Shown here: positions 31,162-44,644 of the stretch, piece after piece
Position numbering within the stretch: position 1 is the stretch's first letter
How the letters are laid out: each line of letters begins with the position of its first letter
Assembly (NCBI RefSeq): GCF_009914755.1
Contig: NC_060932.1
DNA length: 64,000 bases
Origin: the human T2T-CHM13v2.0 reference genome, Homo sapiens
Reading direction: 5' to 3' (one strand)
The notes under the pieces: model-generated
Databases searched by the model: none
Told to the model about the DNA's origin: nothing
Seen by the model: only the letters and a program-made list of their open reading frames with translations
Position numbers and translations under genes: made by a program

Positions 31162-32249
31162 TAATTAAAGTGGAAGAGAACTGGCATTGGTCAGCTGACC
31201 AAAGGAAAACATATTTTGAGGGCAGAACTTTTTCTAGCAGCCATCCTGCTCAGGCCCTATATGGATTATACAAAACCTCACACATTACAGTAGTTTGCAA
31301 AATCCATTTTAGAAGATTATGGGTTATGAAACCAAGAAGAGGGGAACTGTTTTCTTTGCATATTCCCTTATCAGTGATAAATTTTTGTCTCTAAATGTTT
31401 ATGTATTTTATTTTTCTAGTGATAGAAATTGTCCCATTGAGGACTCAGGTTTGAATCTAGTTATAACCATAACAGCCTATATCATTTTCAGACAGTGAGA
31501 TACTATGGGTAGATATAAGAATGCCATTGTTGATATCTCTTGGGCATTTCTTTTCTAAGTTAAAGATATTTGTATCATGAAACATTACCAGGAGCAAAAG
31601 TGTTATTTACTTGCATCACATTTTCCTATAAATTCAGAACTTTATGTACTTAGCATGTTTTCAGATTAAGCTAACTTTTATTGAGGACCTGGATGTATTT
31701 TTGTATTATGTCCTAAAGGTATTTTTGGTCTTCACATTATAATATACTGGTAACTAACGAAGTATAATACAAAAGAACTTTGTTTTCATAATGATATTCA
31801 ATTTCTTCATATCATTTATGGTTTGCTGGAGAAGGTGGGTCTACTATGCCCTTGAAAAAAAAATTCCCACATCCTAATTAACATATTTAAATTTGGGAGT
31901 TAAAATTTTTTGGCCTAAATTCATTGATCATAATTTCAAATAGTAAGTACAGTTAGTATCATGACACTGAACATTTGAAATACAAAATGTAAGGTTGCTC
32001 AAGAATAATTGGGCCCATATATCTTAGTATAAAAGATAAAGCCATAAACAGAAGTTTGCTGAAGAAATATTTCTGTTTAAAATGATGAATTGTGGTACTT
32101 TCAGTCTCTGCTAATATCCCTAGGTACTTAAAAAACATGTAGAGCTGTTTGCAGGGTTTTATCTTGAGTGATGTGGGAAAACACATCATTGAATATTCAT
32201 GAATGTACACTGAACACCTAGAACTTTGGTAAGAGAAGAGTTGAGGATC

Positions 32250-32729
32250 TCTAGTAGGCACGGTAATGGCTCTGAAAGTGTGCACAGTGTAATCCTGAGA
32301 ACATGTAAATATGTTACCTTGTAGATATTTTAAGGAAAAGGCTTAAAATGAGAGGTTATCCTGGATTATTCAGGTGATTCAGTGTAATCTCAAGCTCATT
32401 AAAAGTGAAAGATGCATAAAAGTCAGAGTCTGAGAAGGAGATGTGACGGCAGAAGCAAGGTCACGTGATAGGTGTGAAGGATACTATCTGGTTGTGCTAG
32501 CTTTGAAAATGGAGGAAGGGGGAACCCAAGTCAAAGAACGTGGCTGGGTTCTAGAATCTATAAAAGGCCAAGAAATGGGTTCTCTCTTAGAGACTATGGA
32601 AAGAAACACAGTACTGTAGATACTGACTTTAGGCCAGTGAGACCTCGTCAGGCTACTGACCTCCATCTCTCTAAGGTAACAAATTTGTGTTGTGGAAATT
32701 TGTTATAGGAACAATACAAATCTGATACA
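32250..32729 (+). mobile_element. MLT1D-like MaLR LTR
   Basis: aatatgttacctt, ttatcctggattattcagg, ctttgaaaatggaggaagggg, end tgataca. Confidence 0.85.
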
Positions 32730-32818
32730 AAATCTGAAAGAAATCCACACTCTTAATTTTGAAAGGAATTCAAAATTTAAACTTTTTGAAGGGATTTCCT
32801 TTTTGGAGAGCAAAAATA

Positions 32819-32945
32819 GGCTGGTGTGGTGGCTCATGCTTGTAATCCTAGTGCTTTGGGAGGCTGAGGCGGGAAGAGCAGTTGAGTCCAGGAGTTTGAG
32901 TCCAGCCTGGGCAACATAGTGAGACCCTATCTTTAATATTAATAA
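32819..32945 (+). mobile_element. FLAM / AluJ left monomer
   Basis: ggagtttgag..cagcctgggcaacatagtgagacc. Confidence 0.88.
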
Positions 32946-33743
32946 CAATGAGTGAATTAAAAATCGGGGGCAATGACAAATGACACAAGGGGAAGTAGAG
33001 GGCTTTCGGAGGTGGAGAGTAGTGATACAAATAAAGACCCCACAGAGAGCAGAAGCATCTCAAAATCGAACAGAATGCAGTGAAATAGCTGTAGCATAAA
33101 TTAGAGCTAGAAAAGAGTGAGGACCCTGGGAAAATAATCAGGACCTAGATTAAAAGATGCTTTATGAACTACAAAAGGGTTTTGAATTAGCAACATCTTA
33201 AACATGAGAGTTACATGATTTTTAAAATACTAGTCTTGCTGTAGTGTGGATAATGAATTGACCTGGAATAGTACTGGAGGCAAAGACACAAGTTAGAAGG
33301 CTATGGACATAATTTAGATTTTACCTTAAGGTTGTAGGACAGCAATGGTGAGGATAAAAGTTTGTGGATTTGAGAAATGTGGACTATGCTGGCAAGTGAA
33401 GGAAGATGAGAGAGTCAAGTATAATACAAAGGTTTCTTGCTTGAGCAACTAAATGTGTCAGTTACTGAAACATTGCACAAAGAAAGGATGAGTTTTGTGA
33501 AAGAAAAGTTCAGTTTTGGAAATGCAGTATTCAACATGTGCTAGAGACATTTAAATGGAGGGAAACATTGGAAACTTGGGTTTAGACCTATAGGGAGTGA
33601 GTTTTAGGCTTGTGATATAGATGTGAGAATTCTTAGTACATAGATGATGGTTGAATTTCAGAAAATGAAAAGTTAGCCTGTGTGTATTAACATCTAGAAT
33701 GCTGTGAAATGACATTTACAGGATGGGTGGAAGAAGATAAAGA

Positions 33744-33920
33744 GCAGTGTGCTGGTAAACAAAGCTGATTCGTAGATGTGTAACATTTGCTAGTTTGTAT
33801 GAGATAAACATTCCTATCATGACTTATTTTTGAGCTGCCAGTGTTACATCATAGTGCAGTTGGGAAGAGGCTCACACACTTGGCTCTCTTGAATCAGTGC
33901 AAGCTGTTTGCATTATAGAA
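33744..33920. mobile_element. MER63A-like hAT element
   Basis: cagtgtgctggtaaa...gttgggaagag...ggctctcttgaatcagtgcaagctg. Confidence 0.65.
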
Positions 33921-34761
33921 CTAGGGAATTTAGGAGAAAGAGGCATCACCAGTGAGGAATTAAAAACAAAGCGTAAGAAAACCATTAGGGGACTTTGATT
34001 ATGAAAAGAGGAAAGAGATGGGGAGTGCGTGGTTGCTTTTCTGTTTTGAGTTGGAGGAAGAACTGAATATATTTAAATGCTAATGATAAGTACCGGTAGA
34101 GAGGAGAAGGAATAGTTGAAAAATAACCTTTAAGGAGTGATTGATTATGTATAGGGGGAATTGATGGAAATAGGATCACAAGCACAAAATGGAAGGCTTG
34201 GAAACAAAAAGGTAAGCTCTTCTAACAGTGGGGAGACAGGAAGAGAAAAATGCAGATGCCGATGGGTTTGTATATTTGTTGCAAGAACTTAAAGAATTTA
34301 TTCTATGATATTTTGCCTATTTTTCAGCATAATAAGGTAAAATTTGAGACTAAGAGAAGGTGATGAAGATTGGAACTTTAAAAAAGATTCTAAATAGGAA
34401 ATAAGAGTTGCTGGGAAGTGTTCCTTTTGTGAGGTCAATGGCTATAAACTTATAGAGGCACAAGTCCATCTGGTAGTAAAATTTTCTCTAGTTGCTCTTA
34501 GATTGCTGAAGTAGACAGAAAACAGGCAGCTAAATTTCAACAGCATTGGCCTCTGTGAAATGGAATGCCAGGTGCCCAGTGGGGCACAGAAGTACAGGCA
34601 ATTGATCAGAGACAGCTTAAAGAGATGGGTGTGAAATCTGTTGTATAGGGAAAGAAGTAAAGATAAATAAAGGCTGCTAAAGGTAGAGGAAGTAGGTAGA
34701 CTAAAAGAGGTTGTTAGGTAAATAAAATACCACAACATGGGAATAACTGATTAAGAATACT

Positions 34762-35060
34762 GGTAGCTCAAGGCTGTAATTCTAGCACTTTGGGAGGCTG
34801 AGACAGGCAGATCACTTGAGCTCAGGAGTTTAAAACCAGCCTAGCCAACATGGTGAAACCCTGTCTCCACTAAGAATACAAAAAAAATAGTGGGATGTGG
34901 TGGTGGGCGCCTGTAATTCCAGCTACTTGGGAGGCTGAGACAGAAGAATCACTTGAACCTGGGAGGCGGAGGTTTGCAGTGAGCCAAGACCCTAACACTG
35001 CACTTCAGCCTGGGTGACAGAGCAAGACTCTGTCTCAAAAAATAAAAATAAAAAAATAAA
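34762..35060 (+). mobile_element. AluS
   Basis: Near full length; TSD aagaatactgg. Confidence 0.95.
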
Positions 35061-35676
35061 AGAATACTGGGAAAAACGTAAATTGTGGTCACAGTGGCCC
35101 AGGTCTAGATCTCAGAGGTAGAGTTCACTTGCAAGATAAAACTAGTGGGTGACTATGTGAGTAAATCACTGAGTGGAGTACAGTTGAAAATAATAGGCAG
35201 TGAAGTAACAGGACTATGAAGTCAGAAATAGATATTGGTCGTTAATTTGTATATGGAAGTCACTGATGATGCTGCTGGAAATTAGCTAAAGAGAAAGACA
35301 TTAGTTTTCAATGAATGGACCATAGTTCAAGGGAGGATAAAGGATGTTATATGAGTAATATGAGTCTAAAAGTAATAAGCATTGAGCTTGGGTTGAGGGA
35401 GGAATAATTCTTTGGAAGTAGCCATCATTCTGTTGTGTGTGGGGAAGGAAAACTCCAAGGCAATTAGTATTTCCATGGTGCGAGTCAGATGCTGGTTAAA
35501 TCTACAAAGTGAAGGTGATACCTGCAGAAGTAGGAACCTAACTGTTATTGCCTGAAATGTCAATCTTAGAATTTTTAGAATTTTCTTAGAAATTTTCTCC
35601 TTGTCTGAAGAGTTATAATTTTAGGTTTGGAACAATCTCAATGGATATATTTTTATAACTTAAAAATGCACTTTAG

Positions 35677-35996
<320 letters not shown>

Positions 35997-37965
35997 TCAC
36001 TCTGCTGTTTTTGTGGTGCAAGGCTTTGGGAGGAAGAGCAGAGTTCAAAGGTAATTGGCACTTGTGTGGAAAAAGGAGGAATGCTACAGAAGGAGGCATA
36101 GGAATTGCTAAAGAACATATTTAGCTATAATACAACTTTACTTTTAAACTCAGACTTCTGGGAATGAGCAGAGACACTCAAGGACTGCATGCTCTCTCTC
36201 TGGTTATTTCCAAATGACTAAATGGCCTTCTGTGCCTTGTAGCATTTATTATCTCCACTTTTAGTTGGCTATTAAATGGATACATTGTTTTTATTAAAGC
36301 TATAATTTGCTTGTGTCTTCAAAAATATATTTTGCCATTTTGTTATTGCTTATTATCACTGCCCTGCAGAAAACCTGACACGTATATTAACACCAAATAA
36401 ATTCATAATGAACAAAGCTGTTAGAAAAGTTAGTAAGTTAATAATATTGAGTGCAAAAGGCATTGTCTTAAAAAAGCATTTCTTTGAGAAGATATTCAAT
36501 GCATTTATTCATCTATTTAAAGTTTACGGGTTCCTTAATTGAATACTTGATATTGGAGAAAAAATGAACTATTAAGTCAAAATAATTATGTAAACAAGCT
36601 CTTATCTTCCGCCTGATGAAAATGATTTTCAGAACGCCTTGGATTTTGTGAATGCAGATGGCACTTCAGATCATTCCTACATAAGGTAGTTTATAAGGTG
36701 TGCATATCTTGTGTGTTTTATGATAGTTCATAAAATTTCACTAGTAATGGGAATAACCCAGATACATAGGGAAGCATGCCATGTTGCACAGGTATGTAGG
36801 ATTATGTGTGTGGTGGCGCCCGTTCATAATACCAGGTCTGTTGCTTTGATGATGCCACAAAAGGGGAAAATGTGGAATGTGCTCAGGAAACATGAACTTA
36901 AAGAGATATACATTTAAAGCACATTGTTTAAAAATAGATTTATGTTTTATCAATATTAAAAAGCACTAGAAAAAATTATTTACCCCTGAAAAATTATGCT
37001 GTCATGGTTTGGGGGCAGTATTTAATCATTAATTGATTTTCATATTTTAGACTTTAAAGCCAGTCCTAAGTTTATAAGAATTTCATAAGTTAAAGCACAT
37101 ACAGTGCTCAGAAGGGTGTCTCATACATAGAAGCAGTCGATTCATGTTAGATGTTGTTGTTATTGTGATTATTTGTACATGAAACAATTCATAGAAACTT
37201 TTGCCTCATGGTATCACTGAATGTCGAACAATGGGAAAGTTAATAATAATGTAAAAAATCTTCAGTATTTTCTTATAACGAGAGCAATACTATCATCCTT
37301 GCACGTTGGCCTTTGACCTATTGAGTTTTCATTTTCACTTGCCTTCCTAATGCATATGTCTTTCTACCCAAATAACATAGTAAAACCCTTAAAGAAAAAG
37401 TATTCTTTACTCCTAGTTCTGAACTCAATATCGTCTTTAAAATACTATATATGTGAAGCTCAAAACACTTAACACTATTATCAATATTTGGTTGGCTAGG
37501 GATCCCATATAAAGAGAAATCTACAAGAGGTAAGCCCTGAAGTATTTGCTATCATTTAAAAATACATATTAAGGAAATGTTGTATTTACTTTGATTTTTA
37601 GAGGCATAATATTGTAAGTTTTAAGATCTTGTCATTTACTTCCTTTTGTTAGGGCAGTCATCTGTAGAGTGTCTTTTATGCCTTTGAAATATGTTTTAAA
37701 CCACTCCCTTTGATTATCCTTTCAAATAGATCAGGGTTCTTAGTTGCAAATAACAAAATTTATTCTGACTACATTAAATAGAAAATTTAATGTTAAATAT
37801 TATTTTCATTAAATGGAAAATAAATTTGTTAAATGCACTTTAGATCCCTCACAGCAGTAGTGTGAGCAGTGGTGTATTGATATTTTCTCTGGAATGACGC
37901 AATTATTTTCAATAAGAATAATGAAATACTAATTTTGGCCTGAAAAATGCATATAGTGAAAACTG

Positions 37966-38570
37966 TTTTTTGTGTTTTATTTTACTTTAAGTTCTGGGAT
38001 ACATGTGCAGAACGCGCAGGTTTGTTATGTAGGTATACGTGTGCCATGATGGTTTGCTGCACCTATCAACCTGTCATCTAGGTTTTAAGCTGCGCATGCA
38101 TTACGTATTTGTCCTAATGCTCGCCCTCCCCTTGACCCCCACCCCCCAACAGGCCCCAGTGTGTGATGCTTCCATCCCTGTGTTCATGTGTTCTCATCGT
38201 TCAGCTCCCACTTATGAGTGAGAACATGCAGTGTTTGGTTTTCTGTTTCTGTGTTAGTTTGCTGAGAATGATGGTTTCTAGCTTCATCCATGTTCCTGCA
38301 AAGGACAGGAACTCATTCTTCTTTATGGCTGCATAGTATTCCATGGTGTATATGTGCCACATTTTCTTTATCGAGTCTATCATTGATGGGCATTTGGTTT
38401 GTTTCCAAGTCTTTGCTATTGTAAGTAGTGCTGCAATAAACATAGTTGTGCATGTGTCTTTATAGTAGATTGGTTTATAATCCTTTGTGTATATACCCAG
38501 TAATGGGATTGGTGGGTCAAATGGTATTTCTGGTTCTAGATCCTTGAGGAATCACCACGCTGTCTTCCAC
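37966..38570 (-). mobile_element. L1PA (PA7/8-like) 3' end, 5'-truncated
   Basis: MFIAALLTIAKTWKQTKCPSMID..HIYTMEYYAAIKKNEF plus L1PA 3'UTR. Confidence 0.95.
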
Positions 38571-38614
38571 TCAGAAGCTAAGCAGGTTTGGGCATGGGTA
38601 GTACTTGGATGGGA
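38570..38614 (+). pseudogene. 5S rRNA fragment (internal ~45 nt)
   Basis: ctcagaagctaagcaggtttgggcatgggtagtacttggatggga vs 5S CTCGGAAGCTAAGCAGGGTCGGGCCTGGTTAGTACTTGGATGGGA. Confidence 0.9.
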
Positions 38615-38977
38615 AAAAACGTTGTTTTCTTGTACTTTGAATATATGACCATGCCAGTAAAATTTTTAAAAAATGAAAATTTAAAAATACATATTGCAAT
38701 ACAAAAAGGAAAAAGCTACAGATTGATACTTTTTAAAGACATGAATCATTTCTTTAAATGTTGAAAATTTATACCTGTATATTAATATGTCATAATAATG
38801 AATAATGACATTACAATTTCTGTTTTCAGGAATGAACTTTGGAGAACTTGTCAATGACTTCAAAATAGATTTTCCTTGCATATTCATATTTAAAAATGAA
38901 TATATACATTTAATACATTTAAGTAGCATATCAGATTTGTTAATCTATCATCACTCATAGTTGATTAAAAACACATA

Positions 38978-40412
38978 TTTTATTTTATCACAGATTCGGG
39001 GGTAGATGCGCAGGTTGGTTACATGGGTATGTTTAGTAATGTTGGGGTTTACTTCTAGTGAATGCATCACCCAAATAGTGAATATTGTATCCAGTAAGTA
39101 GTTTTTAGCACTCACCCTACCCCGCTTGACAGTCCTCAATATATATTGTTTCTATCTTTATGTCCATCTGTACTCATTGTTTAGCTCCCACTTATAAGTG
39201 GGAACATGTGGTATTTGATTTTATGTTTTTGTGTTATTTCACTTAGGATAATGGCTTCCAGCTGCATCCATGTTGCTGCAAAGGACATGATTTCATTCTT
39301 TTTTTATGGCTGCATAATATTCTATGGTGTATATATGCCAAATTTTCTTTTTCCAACCCACGATTGATGGACATGTAGGTTGATTCCGTGACTTTGCTAG
39401 TGTGAATAGCGCAACAGTTAACAAGCTATTGTAGGTTAGTGTATGATAAAATGATTTTTTTTCCTTTGGATAGATATCCATTGGTGGGATTGCTAGGTTG
39501 AATGGTAGTTCTGTCTTTAGATCTTTGATAAATTTCCATACTGTTGCCCATAGGGATTTTACTAATTATATTCCCACTAGCAGCATATAAGTGCTCCCTT
39601 TTCTCTGCATCCTTGCCACTATCTGTTCTGACTTCTTAATAGCCATTCTAATTAGTGTGAGATGGTATCTCATGGTTTTAATTTGCATTTATTGGATTTG
39701 TGACGTTGAACATTTTTTCATGTTCGTTGGTTGCTTGTAGGATTTCTTTTGCGGAGTGTGAGTTCGTATTCTTTGCCCAAAGAAGCACTTGCTTTGATCA
39801 AGGAGTGATGGGAAGAGATTCTGTTGGGATGTACTGAGGTCTTTGCGTGAGAGGAGGGGAAGGAGCTCCTCTCCTGTGCAGGCTGGAACATGATCCACTT
39901 CCTTATTATGTCCTTGTTGCAGGGTTCACAACTTTCAGTTCATATAAACTTGGTCCTATGGTTTCCAGCCACAGTGGTATGGTGGACCACAGATTTGCCC
40001 CTTTGGTGGCTTCCATCAAACGGGCTGAATGCAGGGTCTCCTCCAGTTCAGAGCAGACAACTCTGTGTCTTGTCTGTCTTCGATGCTAGGACACAGCTGC
40101 TCTGTGTAGAGAGGAGATGCTGAGCCCTGTCCCTCATGCAAGCCCAAGCAGCGTGGGCTCACTTTCAGTGAGGGTGGAGCCACTGTGGAAAGCAGGAAAA
40201 ACACTTTTTCCAAGTGCATATGCGCCAGCCCCCAATGGTAAGAACTGCTGTTGCGTCTGTAACGGTGGGACGGGGAAGGATGGGATGAGATGACACCCTG
40301 TCTGTGATTGTACGTGGCCGTCAGTGCCGCCCCCTTCAGTGATTGGTGCCACGCCCCCGTTTCCTTTGTCCCAAGGAGGGGTTTGGCACACTGTGTTCCA
40401 TCTCCCTTAGGG
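38978..40412 (-). mobile_element. L1PA15/16-like element: 3' end (38978-39780) fused to L1P4-type 5'UTR sequence (39780-40412)
   Basis: ORF2 tail and 3'UTR are clear; the GC-richer block resembles an old primate L1 5'UTR (recalled); degenerate flanking repeat aaaaacacatattttatttt / aaaaagcctttttaatttt. Confidence 0.75.
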
Positions 40413-40769
40413 CAAAAAGCCTTTTTAATTTTCAGAGTTTCTTTCACATGGAGTGAGAGATACACAAACAATGTGTACATAGTATATATATTTAAGTATG
40501 CAGTTTTAGAGCTTTGGGACCTGACATGGTGCAAGCTGCTTAAGATCATTGACCACTTCTGGTATACTGCCCACAATTCAGGTGCTGAATTTTTATAGAG
40601 AAAAATAAACCTGGGGTTCATGGACCCAGGGGGGTTTCATGTTTAAATAAGATACATTATTGATAAAACATTCTTTGTAAATTTTATGTTACATTTTTGG
40701 TGCTTGAAACAGATTAAACTGTGTCCATTACTGAATGTTAAAATTACTTTATGGTTTAATCTGACAAGG

Positions 40770-40930
40770 AGGTCAGATGAGGTAGGTTCAAATCCTTTTT
40801 GTTGCTTCACATAATTGTTACATAATCAAGGACAAATCACTTGATCCCTGTGAGCCTCTTCTGCAAAACAGGGGTTTTCATGATCGATTGAGCTTTATTG
40901 AAAGTACTTAACCCAGTATTGGTGTAGGAT
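40770..40930 (+). mobile_element. MIR
   Basis: ggttcaaatcc...gacaaatcacttga..ctgtgagcctc. Confidence 0.6.
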
Positions 40931-41133
40931 GCAGGTAACACAAAGTAAGTAAGAGTTGATTTGCTGGCTTGTTTTACTTGTTTGTATACTTAAGAGCAAA
41001 ATATTAGAAATTTTGATGCTGATATCATGATCACAGTAAGCAGAAACATTGAAAAGAGAACTCAACATACTACACTAATGCTTAAACATACTAACACACA
41101 CCCAGAGAAGCTGGAAAGTTCTAGCCTGCACAC

Positions 41134-41505
41134 CTGCATGCTAAGGGGTTGCCTGTGGGTTAACGTATTGATTTACTATGTGATAGGACTCTGTTAAACT
41201 GACAGCCTCTTGTCTGTCAGCAGTGTGCTTGAAGTCTCTGGTGCCACTGGAGAACTGTATCCACCCCAGAAGAAAAGCCACTCTATTAGGAGACACATTT
41301 GTTACAAACGCCTTCAGATTAGAGCCAAACACAAATTTATAAATGCAACAAACAATCACATATCTTAAAGATTTGCTTGCGTGTTTGGATGATATAAAAA
41401 TTAATTGATTAAACAAAGGCAAAATGTTTTTAATCATAACTGACCAGCATCTATCTGACTTCAAAAGCATTTGTACGTTATTCTTGCCTTTTGGAATTTT
41501 GGACT
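41134..41505 (-). pseudogene. Dynein pseudo-exon: AAA4 C-terminal part
   Basis: 372 nt, phase 1/1, acceptor CTTTCTTTTAG, donor CAG|GTGTGC, ~120 open codons; LPLFNQLI..KHASKSLRYVIVC..FGSNLKAFV...LLGWIQ ~ IALFNMFIDHCRSQLHVVLAM..IGDAFRNRL...TIDWFQ. Confidence 0.7.
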
Positions 41506-42289
41506 CTAAAAGAAAGTCAGTGTGCCTATAATGTTAATTTTTGAAATTTAGAAAGCTTGGACTGTCAAACGTGGTTCAGAATATTTTATATCACAATTGT
41601 AGGGTAGCAATAATTTGCACATTCCAACTTTATTATTAAGTATGAAATAAAACTTATAGCATAATGCTTTATCCAGTTTTAGACTGCTATGTGAAGGTGG
41701 GATGGCTATCTTTCAATTTCCATTTTTAAAAAATTCAGCCAATTTATAGCTGTTCAAGTATAACACTTCTCACAAGAAGCTTTCCTTGGTGAGTGGCTAA
41801 ATACATAGAAGTGTGAATGACTAATAATGCATATCAAAAAGTATCAAACAAAAAATGTTCCTTCAGTCTTTAATTATTGCTAGATAAAGATACATATTTA
41901 GCATTAAACTAAGTATACAATACAGTGTCAGCTTTTTAAAAGCTTTTTTGTTTGAATTTCTGTCCAAGTTTCCCTCTGGGAATGCTAAAGACCCTTGGCC
42001 CGTGTTTTGTACCAGATTTCCTTTTTTCTTTTCTTCTTTTTCTTTTCTTTTCTGTTTTCTTTTTATCTTTTTCTTTCCTTTTCTTTTTGAACTTCTGACC
42101 TTGTTCTTCCAGTAATTATTGGAACTGTGCTGTCAACTGCATTTCCTGGTAAATCTCAGAAAATACACTGATTAACAAATTAAGGACATAAAAACCCAAG
42201 GCTTAGCAATGTGACTCCAAAATAAGCCTTAAGGCAGCTTTGAGGGACAAGAGGTAATGCGAGTTAATTTAACAACTGGACCTTTCAAC

Positions 42290-42597
42290 TAGAGCCCCTA
42301 CCTGTGGTTTCTTCAGTGGATTGAGTTTCTTCACAGCATATCAATATCAGAGTGGTTCCACTATGGTGGCTCATGGGTCCAAGCCAGAGTGCTCCAGTGG
42401 GCAGAGCAAAAGCAGTGCTATTTTTAATGATCTAGCTTCTGAAGGCACGCAGTGTCACTTTTGTTCCTTTATGTCTGTTCATTACTACTGAGCCACCAAG
42501 GCCAGTTCAGATTCAAAGATCAGAAGGATATGGCAACACCACCTGTTAGTGGGATGAGATGACAAAAAAATAATGGATACATTTTAAAACTGCCACA
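42290..42597 (-). mobile_element. MLT1F-like LTR fragment
   Basis: tttaatgatctagcttctgaagg..cagtgtcactt; end ttttaaaactgccaca. Confidence 0.7.
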
Positions 42598-42639
42598 GGC
42601 AAAATGTATATCAGGAAATGGTCATAACACATGGTTAAC

Positions 42640-43050
42640 TTGCATTATCAATATTGGGATTTGAGTAAGAAGATAAACATGGCATTGCAGCATAGATATC
42701 CAGGTTGGAATACACGGAGGTAACCTTGCAATTAATTCGTCATTGATCAGATTCTTACAGATGGGAATGCTGCAAGTCAGAAAATAGTTCAAAGAAGAAG
42801 ATAAGACACCCTGAATATGGATAAATGATTGGATCTATCTGTGAACACAGTTCTGAGGGTTGTTGAGTTTTAAACATGAAACAGAGTTTCACAGACCTTT
42901 GAGTAAAATAAGAAAGGTGGAAGAATTGACTCCTTATTCAACCAACGTGGGGTAGACCAGCTGCCTTCCAAAGAAACCTGCCCTAGAACAGTCATGTTTG
43001 AGTTACAACGAGCAATTTAGTGACCACCGTGAAATTTCGTTAATGTGAGT
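42640..43050 (-). pseudogene. Dynein pseudo-exon: AAA4 core
   Basis: GQVSLEGSWSTPRWLNK ~ FQVEISKGYDTTEWHED; LNYFLTCSIPICKNLINDEL ~ VSNLLNAGEIPNLFALDEK. Confidence 0.6.
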
Positions 43051-43169
43051 CAGTTATGTGGGTTGTGTCAATTTTTGTTTATCATTTTCAGTTTTATAAA
43101 TGTGTAAGAGCTTAAACTTACCAGGTTTATGTCTATACACTTTAAATTTGTCATTAAAGAGTTGAGGGA

Positions 43170-43398
<229 letters not shown>

Positions 43399-43859
43399 TT
43401 ACCTATACTTAACCTGAATACAAGAGAGATGAGTCATTAAAGCAAACACTGGTACCTGTGTGAAAATATCATTAAGAAAGGAATGACAACTGCCTTCTTT
43501 ATGCACAAGGAAAAAAGTAAAAAGGTATTAGGTCATAAAATTTTAGCTAGGCTATGTAATAAATGTTTTCTAACTTTAAGGAGGTGTTTATTTAAACCAT
43601 GCCAACAGAATAAAAGCATTTAAAAAACATCTCCAAAGCAGTAAAATCTCCATTGATACAAATAGTAAACACTATGCATTAATATTTAAAACCCATAATA
43701 GAAATTATGTGATCAGAAATTTCATGATAGAGATTTATTTAGATTAATGAGAAAAAGTTCTCTATAATAACTTGGGTTGTTCTTGCTGTTCAACTTCAGT
43801 CGCTTTTAAGGTTGCTTTCTATTAAAAATAAGTTAATAGTTCTTATATACACTGTACTG

Positions 43860-44082
43860 CATATTTCCCTGTAATGTTTCTTACTAAAAATTACCAGATC
43901 TGATGGATTTACCCTAAAACACCTGCAGTTTGCCGGGATATTGAAATCAATCTTAAAATCTTAATGAAACACTGTGACTTAATACAGTGCTGAACTTCCT
44001 AGGTTTGATATGCACCACAGAAAAGATGGTGATGATGATAAAAAGTGAAATTGTCATGGATTCTGCAAAGAAGCCCTGTAAC
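43860..44082 (-). pseudogene. Dynein pseudo-exon: AAA4 start and Walker A region
   Basis: Acceptor CTGTCCAG; RLQGFFAES ~ RLKVFYEEE; FIKILRLISI...AGVLG ~ HISRISRILKQPRSHALLVG. Confidence 0.55.
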
Positions 44083-44445
44083 CTGGACAGATGTGTAAAG
44101 AAATCTGCTTTCTTAAGTCACACATCTAATGCTACTTATTTTTAAAAAATCATTTGGGAAAGTCTTTACATGATAGCAAAAACTACACAGTCTTGAAAAA
44201 AATCTCCTGAATCTTTAATTTTAAAATACCCCAAATGTTTTTATAAGCATAAGAATTTTTAATGACTGTCATTTTATAATGTAGAGGTATTTAGTTTTTC
44301 AGAATGGAATGGGAGAATATAATTATGTTTAGTTACTATGGCACCTTTGATTGTTAATACAGGTTGTTTGATAATATTTTTTAAAAGACTGTAATTTAAA
44401 AAATTGTACACATTTCCTTTAGCGCGTGTTCTGTTATTAGGTCAG

Positions 44446-44464
44446 TAGCCACTAGAGGGCAGTA
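44446..44464 (+). promoter_or_regulatory. Candidate CTCF binding site
   Basis: tagccactagagggcagta fits the CCACYAGRKGGCR core closely. Confidence 0.6.
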
Positions 44465-44644
44465 AATATACCTTCAATGGGAATTAATAGCTTAAGGTTC
44501 CGGGTCTCCAATATTTTTCTATTGTATAGCTTCTGCATGGCTTGCATTTCAAACTGATTTTAAATATTTTATATTATTCAGTAATTGTAAATGGAAATAT
44601 TAAGGCAAAATTATGGTCAAACATGGGATATTGATAATAAAAAT

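Larger units (their letters stand above)
33050..35520 (-). mobile_element. Degraded L2 fragments
   Basis: Purine-rich antisense L2-like text (ctggaggcaaagac..agttagaaggctat; aggtttcttgcttgagcaact; gttcagttttgga). Confidence 0.65.
37868..40480 (-). mobile_element. hAT-Tip100 (Zaphod-like) DNA transposon 3' end, split by two L1s
   Basis: Joining ~40480-40415 to ~38970-38820 gives C-E-R-N..LK.IK...STMSDDRLTNL....EYARK..FEVIDKFSKV..KQKL, a hAT dimerisation-domain tail; TIR-like cagtggtgta at 37868. Confidence 0.7.

Noticed and set aside
36590-36690. Possible additional minus-strand exon
   Set aside because: Has a plausible acceptor but no recognisable motif, and little dynein sequence is missing between the neighbouring exons.
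40306-40360. Promoter-like cluster of CCAAT, GC boxes and CCACG (near ERSE-II)
   Set aside because: Spacing is ATTGG-NN-CCACG rather than ATTGG-N-CCACG, and the block appears to be part of an old L1 5'UTR.
40016-40621. Longest ORF in the window (201 aa, minus strand)
   Set aside because: It runs across unrelated pieces (possible pseudo-exon, hAT relic out of frame, L1 5'UTR); a chance composite, not a gene.
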